Shown one piece after another: positions 53,103-62,715 of a stretch of DNA of 64,000 nucleotides. Source of the stretch: Candidatus Bathyarchaeota archaeon (lineage in GTDB: Archaea; Thermoproteota; Bathyarchaeia; 40CM-2-53-6). How positions within the stretch are numbered: the stretch's first letter is position 1; every line of letters starts with the position of its first letter. Where the stretch lies: positions 64,001-128,000 of the forward strand of contig CAWHWX010000016.1 of NCBI GenBank assembly GCA_963833125.1, written 5' to 3'. Below the pieces are notes generated by a model. It was not told the DNA's origin and did no database searches. It saw only the letters and a list, made by a program, of their open reading frames with translations. A program made the position numbers and the translations under genes.

Positions 53103-54089
53103 TTGAATTATCGTCGTTCTCGGCAGCGCCGGTTTGAAGCTCAGTGAGTTATCGCTTGGTGCTTGGGTTACGTACGGGGGCCAGGTTGGTGAAGAGGCGG
53201 CTCTGAAGTGTATGTCAACGGCCTATGAGGCAGGGGTTAACTTCTTCGACAACGCTGAAGCATATGCGGGAGGGAACGCAGAAATCGTCATGGGTAACGT
53301 GCTGAAGAAGACTAAATGGCCTCGAGAGAGCTTTGTGGTGTCGAGCAAAGTCTTCTGGGGTGGCGAAGGGCCCAACGACCGAGGGTTATCCGCGTAAACA
53401 CATTTACGAAGCGTGCCGCCGGTCCTTGAAGCGGTTGCAGCTCGATTATCTCGACCTCTTCTTTTGCCATCGTCCCGATCCCACTACACCGATCGAAGAG
53501 ACGGTACGTGCGATGGACGATTTGGTTCACCAGGGCTTGGTGCTCTATTGGGGGACCTCGGAATGGAGCGCGGCCGATTTAATGCGCACTCATGGGATAT
53601 CACGAGAGCTTGGTCTTACTCCACCGCAAATGGAGCAGCCACAATACAACATGCTACACCGAGAAAGGGTTGAGAAAGAGTACTTGCCCCTGTACCGGGA
53701 AATCGGGTTGGGCACAACGATCTGGAGCCCACTAGCGTCAGGGCTTCTTACTGGGAAGTACAACAAGGGCATACCGCAGGGCACTCGGGCTTCGCTCCAG
53801 GGTTACGAATGGTTGAAAGAGTACGTTCTCACGCCAGAGAATATTGAAAAAGTCAAGAAGTTAGAACCGATCGCTGAAGTCGATGAATTGCACTTTGGCT
53901 CAACTGGCTTTGGCCTGGTGCCTCAAGAACCCGAACGTAAGCACCGTAATCACCGGCGCGACCCGTCCAGAACAGGTCACTGAGAACATGAAGGCTGATG
54001 GAGTGGTTGAGAAACTCAGCTCAGACGTTATCGAGGGGATCGATGGCGTTCTCGGGAACAAGCCAGACCTTCGAAGAAGACTAGTTTGA
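53103..54089 (+). CDS. Aldo/keto reductase (Kv-beta-like; frameshifted)
   Basis: [31 protein letters not shown] and WSPLASG motifs. Confidence 0.9.
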
Positions 54090-54662
54090 CCCAGATATCG
54101 AATCCAGAAGCCCACGAAGCTTCTTGAAATCCTCCTCCATAACTTTCCTCAATTGGAATGTGTAGAGGGCCGCGGCAGGATGGTACATGGGAAAGAAGGT
54201 GAGGTGTCCGACCTCAAACGGTATCCCATGCAGATCTGTTACGGATTTTTCAGAATCCATTAACGAGTGAATTGCGGAATTCCCCATCGGGCAGATAATC
54301 CGAGGAGTAATCAATCTGATCTGACGGTCTAGGTATGGCCTACATGCTGTGGACTCATCTTTTCTTGGAGGCCTATTATTCGGAGGCCTACACTTGACGA
54401 TATTCGTAATGTAGACGTCCTCCCGCCTCAAACCCACCGATCCTAAGAGTTCGGTCAACAGTTTTCCCGCAGCCCCGACGAAGGGTCGGCCTTGAACGTC
54501 CTCTTGTTCGCCCGGCGCTTCTCCCACGAAAATGATCCTCGAGCTTTCCAAGCCTTCGCCTGGAACAGCGTTTCTTCTAGTCTCGCAGAGTCTGCATTTG
54601 GTACAGGCGACTACTTCGCTTGAAACCTTGGCAATTGAATCCTGGGATTCCGTCGATATCAA
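54081..54662 (-). CDS. Family-4 uracil-DNA glycosylase
   Basis: CTKCRL, GEAPG, PFVG, KCRPP and HPAA motifs. Confidence 0.93.
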   Translation of the reverse strand: MISTESQDSIAKVSSEVVACTKCRLCETRRNAVPGEGLESSRIIFVGEAPGEQEDVQGRPFVGAAGKLLTELLGSVGLRREDVYITNIVKCRPPNNRPPRKDESTACRPYLDRQIRLITPRIICPMGNSAIHSLMDSEKSVTDLHGIPFEVGHLTFFPMYHPAAALYTFQLRKVMEEDFKKLRGLLDSISGSN

Positions 54663-54765
54663 CTCTACAATGGACTCGAATCAGGGTGTTATCGATGTTG
54701 GCAACGCACGGTATATATTGCACTTTTCCGTCTCAGAGGGAGAATTCATCTCAAGTGGTTCATCG

Positions 54766-54930
54766 ATGCCTATCACTGATGTCGTGAAGAAGCAACTCGC
54801 ACAGAAGGTCAGGTTGCATTACAAGGTTTGCAGGGACTGTGGGGCGCGGAACCCAGAAGCGTCGAACAGGTGCAGAAAATGCCACGGTCACAACCTGCGC
54901 ACGAAGAAGCGCCAACTCGGAGCGAAGTAA
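54766..54930 (+). CDS. rpl40e: 50S ribosomal protein L40e
   Basis: MPITD..KVCRDCGARNP..CRKC..LRTKK. Confidence 0.93.
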   Translation: MPITDVVKKQLAQKVRLHYKVCRDCGARNPEASNRCRKCHGHNLRTKKRQLGAK

Positions 54931-54969
54931 CTCTCTCACTTCAGTTCAATCGCGAGAAACTACACGCGG

Positions 54970-55541
54970 TTACATAGGCTTCAGCCAATCATCTTTCAAC
55001 AATCCAAAGTAATCTTGGTCAATGAAGTGACCACGGAAGAATACGCGCTGGCGAAGACGCCCTTCATATGTGAAACCCAACTTCAGTAAGAGTCCTCTAG
55101 AGGACTCATTTCCTGCCAACGGATTTGCTTCAGCACGATGGAAACCAAGCTCAGCAAACCCGTAACTCAGAATTGCTGAAACTGATTCCGCCATAATGCC
55201 CCGACGCCAATATCCGCGATGGAGTTCATACCCAACTTCGGCACAACGAAGATCAGGACTGAAATTCCAGAAAGTACACGAACCTATAACCCGATCTTCT
55301 CCTACGAGCGTAATGCACCAGAAGATGCATTCGCGATGATCATAAGAAACGTTTGTAATCGTTGAATCCAAGCAAGCGTATCGTCGAGTGACCGATGAGG
55401 CTCTTGCCCATAGCAGCGCGTAACCTCCTGATCAGACTTGACACCAAAGAATGCTTCCGCATCGGATGGCTGAATTTGACGAAGGCATAATCGGTTTGTG
55501 GTGAGAACTGGAAAGCGGGTATAAGCTAAATCAAGACTCAT
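54970..55541 (-). CDS. RimJ/RimL-type GNAT acetyltransferase (frameshifted)
   Basis: FPVLTTNRLCLR, AEVGYEL..YWRRGIM and KLGFTYEG motifs. Confidence 0.87.
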
Positions 55542-55796
55542 CAGATCGCCTGCCTAACATGGGTTCTCGAGTCATGTAACTGAAAGCACAAGAGTCGTGT
55601 CCAGGCTAAAGAAATTCATGGGTTCTTGTGTGGGGAGGCGGTCAAAACCTTTAACGGAAATGAGACCGCTTGCTTTCGTCAAGGAACTTGATGAGATGTA
55701 GTTGAACCGATCTGACGATGCAAACATTCACGCAAGAGAGTTTGTGGTGAATAGGCGTTACCAGAATTTTGCGGAGGGAATAGGGTGGGAGTGAGG

Positions 55797-56111
55797 CTAA
55801 GAGATTCCCATCTGGGCCTTAGCTTCTTCACTCATCTTGTCCGGGCTCCATGGTGGGTCCCAGACTAGTTCTACCTTAGCATCTTTCACGCCGTTCATCG
55901 CTTTGATTTTGGATTTTACCTCTTCCGCTATCATGCCGCCCATCATACAGCCGGGAGCTGTTAGCGTCATTTTGATGCCAATGTTTCCATCATCGTTGAG
56001 GTCGATTCCATATACTAGTCCGAGGTCCCAGATGTTGATTGGGATTTCCGGGTCGTAGCAGTCTTTGAGCACTGTTATTACTTCATCTTTAGTGATCATT
56101 CTATTAATCAC
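55797..56111 (-). CDS. DUF59/SufT-like Fe-S assembly protein
   Basis: DPEIPINIWDLGLVY, MTLTAPGC and WDPPWS motifs. Confidence 0.9.
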   Translation of the reverse strand: MINRMITKDEVITVLKDCYDPEIPINIWDLGLVYGIDLNDDGNIGIKMTLTAPGCMMGGMIAEEVKSKIKAMNGVKDAKVELVWDPPWSPDKMSEEAKAQMGIS

Positions 56112-56170
56112 CTCTCGTCAAGATGGGACTAGTCGCGTTTCGCTTCCCTATTAATCTTAGTCTGATCCAT

Positions 56171-57337
56171 TCAGCTTGCCTTCTGTTCAGACCATGCAAT
56201 CGGCATAGCCCCGGGTATTGGCTCAAGGAGACTCGTAGCGTTCACTCTGATGGCTCTGGTGACATCTTCGAACAGCGGGTTGCTGTAATCTTCTATCTTA
56301 CCCTCGTCCGCTAACCTTGCGATATCAGGGTCTATTGGGATCGCCCCAAGGAAGGGAATCCCAGCTTTTTTGGCTGCCTCAGGGGCCTTGCTTCTGCCGA
56401 AGATCTCTGTCTTCTCGCCGCAGTGTGGACATATTACGTAGCTCATGTTCTCAATTAGGCCTAGAATCTTCACCGCGTTCAGCTGTTCGCTCAAGGTCTT
56501 GGCCATGTTGATCGCCTTCGCCACCACCATCAGCGCCAAATCCTGAGGTGTCGTAACGACAATTACTCCCTGCAAGGGTAGCGACTGAAAAACCGTCAGC
56601 GGGGCATCAGACGTTCCCGGCGGCAAATCCGTCAGGAGGAAGTGTAATTCTCCCCATTCAATGTCTTGGAACATCTGGCGGATCACGCTGTTGATGATTG
56701 GGCCACGCACGATCACCGGCATTTGGGGTTCTTCGAGAATCAAATTCATCGAAACAACTTTGATGCCAGTCCGCGTAACTGCGGGCAGCACATGCTTGTC
56801 CGCCGTAACGAAGAGTGGGCCCTTCAACCCGAACATCTTAGCTATGCTCGGTCCTGTGATGTCGGCGTCAAGGATGCCTACCTTGTAACCAAGCCTAGTT
56901 AATTGGACCGCTAGGAATGCGGTAACGAATGATTTCCCTACGCCGCCTTTTCCGGACATTATTGCAAGTACGTTTCGGATGCCCTTTCGCTCAAGGCGGT
57001 TGATTCCGGGCGGCATCGTGGAACCGGGCTTCTGTGCTTGGGCCGCCGCCATCTGACCTTGTATCTTGGTGCGTAGCTGTCCGAGTTCTTCCTTGGTCAT
57101 GACGGTGGTCTCGACGTTAACCGTCTTGACGCCTGGGAGTTTGGTCACCGCATTTTCAACGTCTGTCGATATTGTCTTTGAGAGCGGGCATCCGCCAACG
57201 GTAAGTGCGATGAGAACTTTGACCCGGTCTCCTTGAATCTCTACATCCTTGACCATTTGTAAGTTGACTATGGAAATGTGAAGTTCTGGGTCTATGACAT
57301 CCTTCAGCGATCCCATTACTTGGTCCTTTGAAACCAC
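56171..57337 (-). CDS. mrp: Mrp/NBP35 Fe-S carrier ATPase with N-terminal DUF59
   Basis: SGKGGVGKS, DADITGP, DLPPGTSD and ENMS..CPHC motifs. Confidence 0.92.
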   Translation of the reverse strand: MVSKDQVMGSLKDVIDPELHISIVNLQMVKDVEIQGDRVKVLIALTVGGCPLSKTISTDVENAVTKLPGVKTVNVETTVMTKEELGQLRTKIQGQMAAAQAQKPGSTMPPGINRLERKGIRNVLAIMSGKGGVGKSFVTAFLAVQLTRLGYKVGILDADITGPSIAKMFGLKGPLFVTADKHVLPAVTRTGIKVVSMNLILEEPQMPVIVRGPIINSVIRQMFQDIEWGELHFLLTDLPPGTSDAPLTVFQSLPLQGVIVVTTPQDLALMVVAKAINMAKTLSEQLNAVKILGLIENMSYVICPHCGEKTEIFGRSKAPEAAKKAGIPFLGAIPIDPDIARLADEGKIEDYSNPLFEDVTRAIRVNATSLLEPIPGAMPIAWSEQKAS

Positions 57338-57483
57338 GACTATATTCCTCAGAATCCCTTTTCATCATCAGCGAGGAGCGGGCGGATAATAACCGTTGTT
57401 GATTCTTCCGCTCCCTGAATCTTGTCTGTCGGTAACGAGTCCCAACATCGTGGGACCCGCCCAGATTTCCATGTCAGCGGAGA

Positions 57484-58026
57484 TTAGATGTATCCTGCCT
57501 CTCGTAGAATGTCTCTGTGGCCACGGCCAACCTTGATTTGCCGAACGTCCTTGGGTTTAACAAACCGCATTTCGCTCCACCATGGTCTAAGTCTGGGCAG
57601 TTCTTTGGTCCTCATCTCGTAGACAAAACAGATGTCCCAATGCTTGCCCACGTTCCCTTTCTTCAGCCTAGACGCTGGCCGGAGATGCGATTGCACCATG
57701 ACGAAGTTAGGCTTGCCCTTCAGGCCAACCCACTCTCGTGCGATCCTAACTGCCGCATTGCCAGGGGACTCCCACATTTTCAGATGGGTCGCTGGTAAGA
57801 TCCAAGTTCCTTCTTTCTCGAGCTCTGCGGCGTGTCTCTTTGGGAAGCCTCCTTGGGTCGGCCAGGCATCATGAGCATGCGGACGCCCTAGTAGAATCCA
57901 TTCGCCGCGTTGACAGATTACGAACGCTGAAAGGCAGACGCCCGAGTCTGGGACATGAATTAGCCATGAAGGGTCGTTCGGTCCAAGTCGAGCCCAACGC
58001 TTCGTTATCGGAGCGGGTGTTGTCAA
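57484..58026 (-). CDS. NUDIX-like hydrolase
   Basis: Degenerate Nudix box WILPATHLKMWESPGNAAVRIARE and HWDICFVY; probable TTG start at 58026. Confidence 0.65.
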   Translation of the reverse strand: MTTPAPITKRWARLGPNDPSWLIHVPDSGVCLSAFVICQRGEWILLGRPHAHDAWPTQGGFPKRHAAELEKEGTWILPATHLKMWESPGNAAVRIAREWVGLKGKPNFVMVQSHLRPASRLKKGNVGKHWDICFVYEMRTKELPRLRPWWSEMRFVKPKDVRQIKVGRGHRDILREAGYI

Positions 58027-58154
58027 TCCTTCGTCATCCTCATTCTGCGATCTGAGTTCAAGATTGATGTAACGTAGCTCAGTATTTTCACAGAAATAAG
58101 TTACGTTACTTGGACTTCCCATGTTTAATAGATTGAAAAACATTTGGCCACATT

Positions 58155-58541
58155 ATGAATCCCGTAGTCCATTTTGAAATACCCGCAGAGGATAGGAAGC
58201 GCATGGCCAAGTTTTATGGGAGCGTATTTGGTTGGCAGACTCAACAGCTTGGCCCCGAGATGGGAGAGTTCGTTCTCGTTACGACCACCGAATCCGAGAA
58301 CAACATGCCAAAGAAACCAGGCACAATCAATGGTGGCTTTTACCAGAAAACAGGAGATGTAGCCCAAACTACCACTGTGACTATTCAGGTAGATGACGTA
58401 AAAGAGCACATGAAAAAGATTCAAGCAGCGGGCGGCAAATTGTCTGGTGAACCGATGGAGATACCCGGTGTCGGCTGGTTTGTTTCATTCTTTGATACCG
58501 AAGGCAATAGAGTAAACATCATCCAGCCCACTGGCCACTGA
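58155..58541 (+). CDS. VOC/glyoxalase family protein
   Basis: VVHFEIPA, FYGSVFGW, INGG and FFDTEGN motifs. Confidence 0.9.
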   Translation: MNPVVHFEIPAEDRKRMAKFYGSVFGWQTQQLGPEMGEFVLVTTTESENNMPKKPGTINGGFYQKTGDVAQTTTVTIQVDDVKEHMKKIQAAGGKLSGEPMEIPGVGWFVSFFDTEGNRVNIIQPTGH

Positions 58542-58583
58542 GAATATCGACTAGCCCACTTAATCTCAGCTACCCTCAAGTGA

Positions 58584-59897
58584 TCAAGGTAGCAGTCTTT
58601 CCGGGGTTCTTGGAAAGAGCGTTGTTTCCCGGATATTCTCCTTTCCAAGCAACGCCATCGTGAACCTCTCGATTCCGAGACAGAAGCCACCGTGCGGCGG
58701 GACTCCGAACTTGAACGGGTCGGTGAACCACTTCATCCCTTCCGCGTTGATATTCTGCTCTGTTACTTGTGACATGAGTTTGTCGTAGCGGTGTTCTCGC
58801 TGTCCTCCCGACGATTGCTCTATGCCTCCATATACGAAGTCGACGCTTCGCGCCCACTGCGGCTCCTCGTCGACCCGCATTACGTAGAAGGGTTTGACTT
58901 TGGATGGGTATCGGTTGACGAAGAACGCATTCGTCTTATGTTTCTCCTGAACATGTTTTGTAAGTATGCTCTCGCCTTCCTTTCCAACCTCATTGCCGTA
59001 AGGAATCTTCTTCCCGTACTCTTCAAGGATTTCGTAAATCTGAGGGTAACGCATCTCAGGAAACGGCGTCTTTGGGAGTTTCACTTCAACCTTCAACAAT
59101 GCTAGTTCGCGTGAACAGTCCCTTTCAACCTTCTTCAATGCTGCGACTGCAACTTCCTCCTCAACTCTCATCATGTCCGTTTCGTCGTTCATGAAGCCGA
59201 ATTCAACGGCCATGCCTCTATGCTCGCAGAGATGTTGCGTTGTGTGGGATAGCTCCGCTCTCCAATTGGGTCCGAGGTCGTAGATCTTGTCGAGGCCAGC
59301 TGCGATGCACAACTGCCTATGCAATTGAGGATCTTGGCGCAAGAATGCTTCTTTTCCGAAGTAGTCAGTTTTGAAAACCTCAGCCCCACCCTCCGACGTG
59401 CCGCCAAGCAAGCATGGAGTGAAGACTTGGAGGTAGGCATTTTGCTTCAGGTATTCTATCATTCCCTCTACTAGTTTAGATTGAATTTGGAATATTGCGA
59501 AGTTCTCGGGTCTCCTGAGGTCAATGACCCGCCAGTCTAGGCGAACATCAAGGTTCGATTCAATCTTTCCTGACATATCGAGGGGCGCCGCTGCTTGCGC
59601 TTTGACTATTACCTCAATTTTTGAGGGTGTAATCTCCGAGCCTATCTTTGCTATCCGTTGTTGAACAGGAGTACCTTCAACGACGATTACATCCTCCTTG
59701 CTCAATTTCTCTGTAGCCTGGATCAATTCGGGTGGGGCACTCGATTTTGAGATTGTGACCTGTGCAACTCCGCCCCTATCCCTTAGCCAGATGAATCTTA
59801 TCCGTGCAAGTTCCTTGATGTCATGTACCCAGCCCGCTAGAACGACTGTTCCTTTCGTGTTCTCGATCTCGTTTGTGTAGTGCGTGCGTTTGAGCAA
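58584..59897 (-). CDS. aspS: Aspartate-tRNA ligase, archaeal type
   Basis: OB-fold LAGWVH..LRD, RLDWRVIDLR, EGGAE, WRAE, SGGQR and PPHGG..ER motifs. Confidence 0.9.
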   Translation of the reverse strand: MLKRTHYTNEIENTKGTVVLAGWVHDIKELARIRFIWLRDRGGVAQVTISKSSAPPELIQATEKLSKEDVIVVEGTPVQQRIAKIGSEITPSKIEVIVKAQAAAPLDMSGKIESNLDVRLDWRVIDLRRPENFAIFQIQSKLVEGMIEYLKQNAYLQVFTPCLLGGTSEGGAEVFKTDYFGKEAFLRQDPQLHRQLCIAAGLDKIYDLGPNWRAELSHTTQHLCEHRGMAVEFGFMNDETDMMRVEEEVAVAALKKVERDCSRELALLKVEVKLPKTPFPEMRYPQIYEILEEYGKKIPYGNEVGKEGESILTKHVQEKHKTNAFFVNRYPSKVKPFYVMRVDEEPQWARSVDFVYGGIEQSSGGQREHRYDKLMSQVTEQNINAEGMKWFTDPFKFGVPPHGGFCLGIERFTMALLGKENIRETTLFPRTPERLLP

Positions 59898-59940
59898 TAG
59901 AGACTACCCTTCTGAATGCAGTCTCTACTGGTAATACTTG

Positions 59941-60822
59941 TTAATTTAGGATAAGCTTTGGTCGTTTGATGAGTTTTGCAATTTCGCCGGGTTTGAGTGC
60001 GATCCTAACCCCAGCTGCCCTGAGTGCTTCTATCTTGGTCTCAGCGGTTCCGGCCTTACCTGTGATTATTGCACCTGCGTGACCCATTCTTTTTCCTGCT
60101 GGAGCTCCACGCCCGGCGATGTAGGCTACGATGGGTTTGGGATACTTTGTTTTCTTGACATAATCCGCCGCCGTCTCCTCGGCGTTACCGCCGATTTCGC
60201 CAATCATCGCGATGGCTTTTGTTGCAGGGTCCTTCCTGAACATTGTGAATACATCGACAAAACTCATGCCGACTACGGGGTCCCCGCCGACTCCGAGACA
60301 TGTTGATTGGCCCAAGCCGGCGTTGGTGAGGCTTGCTGCAATTTCGTAGGTTAGGGTTCCGCTTCTGGATACTAATCCTACCTCTCCGGGTTTGAAGATG
60401 TGGCTAGGCATGATGCCTAGTTTGCATTGGGCTGGTGTTATGATTCCGGGAGTATTGGGACCGATGATCGTTGTCCCCTTTCGTCGTGCAATTTCCATGA
60501 TCTGGATTTCGTCTTTAACCGGGATTCCTTCGGTGATGACCACGACTGGGTTTAAGTTGGCAGCTATCGCCTCAAGCACTGCATCTTTAGCATGAGGTGC
60601 CGGCACGAAGATGATTGACGCATCTGCTTTCACCTTTTCAAGTGCTTCTTGCGCAGTATCAAACACAGGAACGGTGTGAACTTTTTGGCCGCTTCGTCCG
60701 GGGGTGACTCCGGCGACGATCTTTGTCCCGTATTCGAGCATTAGTTTGGTGTGGAATTGTCCTTGTGAACCGGTTATGCCCCAGACAATTGCCTTTGTTT
60801 TGCGCCCTACCAGAATTGCCAT
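59941..60822 (-). CDS. sucD: Succinyl-CoA synthetase alpha subunit
   Basis: GITG, GVTPG, GPNTPG, SRSGTL, GEIGG and MGHAGA motifs. Confidence 0.93.
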   Translation of the reverse strand: MAILVGRKTKAIVWGITGSQGQFHTKLMLEYGTKIVAGVTPGRSGQKVHTVPVFDTAQEALEKVKADASIIFVPAPHAKDAVLEAIAANLNPVVVITEGIPVKDEIQIMEIARRKGTTIIGPNTPGIITPAQCKLGIMPSHIFKPGEVGLVSRSGTLTYEIAASLTNAGLGQSTCLGVGGDPVVGMSFVDVFTMFRKDPATKAIAMIGEIGGNAEETAADYVKKTKYPKPIVAYIAGRGAPAGKRMGHAGAIITGKAGTAETKIEALRAAGVRIALKPGEIAKLIKRPKLILN

Positions 60823-60823
60823 G

Positions 60824-61969
60824 TTAGGATGCACCCGAAGTTAGGGAGACGGCTTTCTCTGCTGCTTCTTCCATACTGTTCAAGGATGGGATGTGAGCCG
60901 CTGCAAGAATCTTCTGTCCTTCTTTTTCGTTTGTGCCAACGAGTCTTATGACCATGGGTATCGTTATGCCCATTTTCTTCTGAATGTCTAGAATGGCTCG
61001 GGCTACATCGTCGCAACGCGTGATTCCTCCCATGATGTTGATGAGAAGAACCTTCACTCTCGGGTTCGCAAGGACGATCTCCAGTGCGGCCGCAATTCTC
61101 TCTTCACTGGCACCTCCTCCTACATCGCAGAAGTTGGCGGGTTTTCCTTTGTAGTCAATGATCATATCCAAGGTGGCCATTACGAGACCCGCTCCATTTC
61201 CGATTATTCCTACACTTCCTTCTAGTTCAACGAACGCCAGCCCTTTCTCTCGTGCCTTGATTTCGAGGTCAGTCATGTCTGGCTCCATAGTCTTTGAACG
61301 CTCCTGGAATTTCTTCTGTCTGAATAGTGAGTTGTCGTCTACGAGTATTCTGAGGTCTGCGGCAATGATATCGCCCGCTTTTGTTTCGATCAGGGGGTTT
61401 GATTCGATAAGTTCCCCGTCGTATTGCAGCAAGATCTGGTAGAGTTTACCGATAATACTCGCGACTTTGGCCATCTGGCCCCCGGAATAGCCAAGTTGCT
61501 TTGCAACGGTTCTGGCTTCGAATTCCTGTAAACCCAATAGCGGATCAATTCTGTACCGGATGATCTTCTCGGGGTGAGACGAGGCAACCTCCTCGATATC
61601 GACTCCTCCCTCTGGTGAGCAGAGGATTGTGTAACATTTGGATCCTCGATCCACAACTATACTCACATAACGCTCGTATTTGCTCTCAAGTTGTTCCTCT
61701 ACCAGAACTTTTGCAACCTTCTCTCCCTTCACAGTCATGGTAAGGATCGATCGTGCAACTCGTTCTGCTTCTTCAGGACTAGAAGCCGGTTTGATTGCTC
61801 CAGCCTTACCGCGGCCGGCCACGAGGACTTGCGCCTTAATCATCGATGGTCGTCCTAGTTTTGTATAAGCGTCTTTTGCCTCGGCTGAGGTTGATGCGAT
61901 AAATCCGGTTGGAACGGGCAGGCCGTATTGGCGCGCGATCTCCTTGGCCTCATATTCAAACAGCTTCAA
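60824..61969 (-). CDS. sucC: Succinyl-CoA synthetase beta subunit
   Basis: MKLFEYEAK, KAQV..GRGKAG, GNGAGL, PANFCDVGG and RLVGTN motifs. Confidence 0.93.
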   Translation of the reverse strand: MKLFEYEAKEIARQYGLPVPTGFIASTSAEAKDAYTKLGRPSMIKAQVLVAGRGKAGAIKPASSPEEAERVARSILTMTVKGEKVAKVLVEEQLESKYERYVSIVVDRGSKCYTILCSPEGGVDIEEVASSHPEKIIRYRIDPLLGLQEFEARTVAKQLGYSGGQMAKVASIIGKLYQILLQYDGELIESNPLIETKAGDIIAADLRILVDDNSLFRQKKFQERSKTMEPDMTDLEIKAREKGLAFVELEGSVGIIGNGAGLVMATLDMIIDYKGKPANFCDVGGGASEERIAAALEIVLANPRVKVLLINIMGGITRCDDVARAILDIQKKMGITIPMVIRLVGTNEKEGQKILAAAHIPSLNSMEEAAEKAVSLTSGAS

Positions 61970-62196
61970 CTTCGATCACCGCCCCAGACGATATGTCGCC
62001 CTAGACTGAGGGTTTGGTAATAAAATAGACTCAGGTTTTTCAGCCTTGACTAGAAACCCGTTTTGTTAGTCAATCATGGTTTTCATGACCAAATTGTTCA
62101 AATAGGTTGCGCGGTGTCGTGATGTGAGATGACGCTGGTTTCGCAAACGCGGAGCTGGCTGACGAACTGTAGGATTCAGATAATAGTTGAGAGTGA

Positions 62197-62715
62197 ATGG
62201 TAAAGACGATTCTGGATGCATTTTGCGTGAAGTCGGGCATCCTCTGCCGTAGATGTGAGGAGAAGCTTGAGAAAGGGCAGATCACCGACTTAGATCTCAA
62301 GGTTATCCAGCGAATGGTGGAACTGGAGAAGGAGCATCCAGTTCTTCAGGACGTTACTTACCATCGCTCCGTTGAGGCCGATGGAACGATGGCTGTTCTT
62401 GTGGATCGGAAGGATATTCCGAGATTGCTTGGAGGTGGGGCGAAGATCGTCAAAGACCTTGGCGACACTTTCGGCAAGCGCGTTAAGTTGATCAGCTATG
62501 GTGGTGACGACCGTGAGTTCCTCGAGGATCTCTTTAGCCCGCTTTCAATTCTCACAATAAATACGATCTGGATTCCAGACGGTAGCACCGAGACTAAAGT
62601 TATTCTCACCGGACGACAGCCCCGCAGGATGCCGGTGGACGTCGATATAGTGAAGGCGATGGCTCAAGAACTCAAGGGTATGACCCTTAGGGTTGAATTC
62701 GAGCGCGACTACTAG
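62197..62715 (+). CDS. Archaeal NusA-like KH-domain protein
   Basis: N-terminal FCVKSGILCRRC, KH-like LLGGGAKIVK and INTIWIPDGS. Confidence 0.75.
   Translation: MVKTILDAFCVKSGILCRRCEEKLEKGQITDLDLKVIQRMVELEKEHPVLQDVTYHRSVEADGTMAVLVDRKDIPRLLGGGAKIVKDLGDTFGKRVKLISYGGDDREFLEDLFSPLSILTINTIWIPDGSTETKVILTGRQPRRMPVDVDIVKAMAQELKGMTLRVEFERDY

Noticed and set aside
54532-54765. N-terminal extension of L40e (ubiquitin-like fusion)
   Set aside because: The extension overlaps the UDG gene and its promoter and has no ubiquitin-like features; the real start is ATG 54766.
55655-55720. Possible C/D-box sRNA (TTGATGA ... CTGA)
   Set aside because: Only one convincing box pair, no terminal stem, and no target consistent with the D+5 rule by eye.
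62115-62165. Possible C/D-box sRNA upstream of the NusA-like gene
   Set aside because: The C box is degenerate (GTGATGT) and the internal boxes are unclear.
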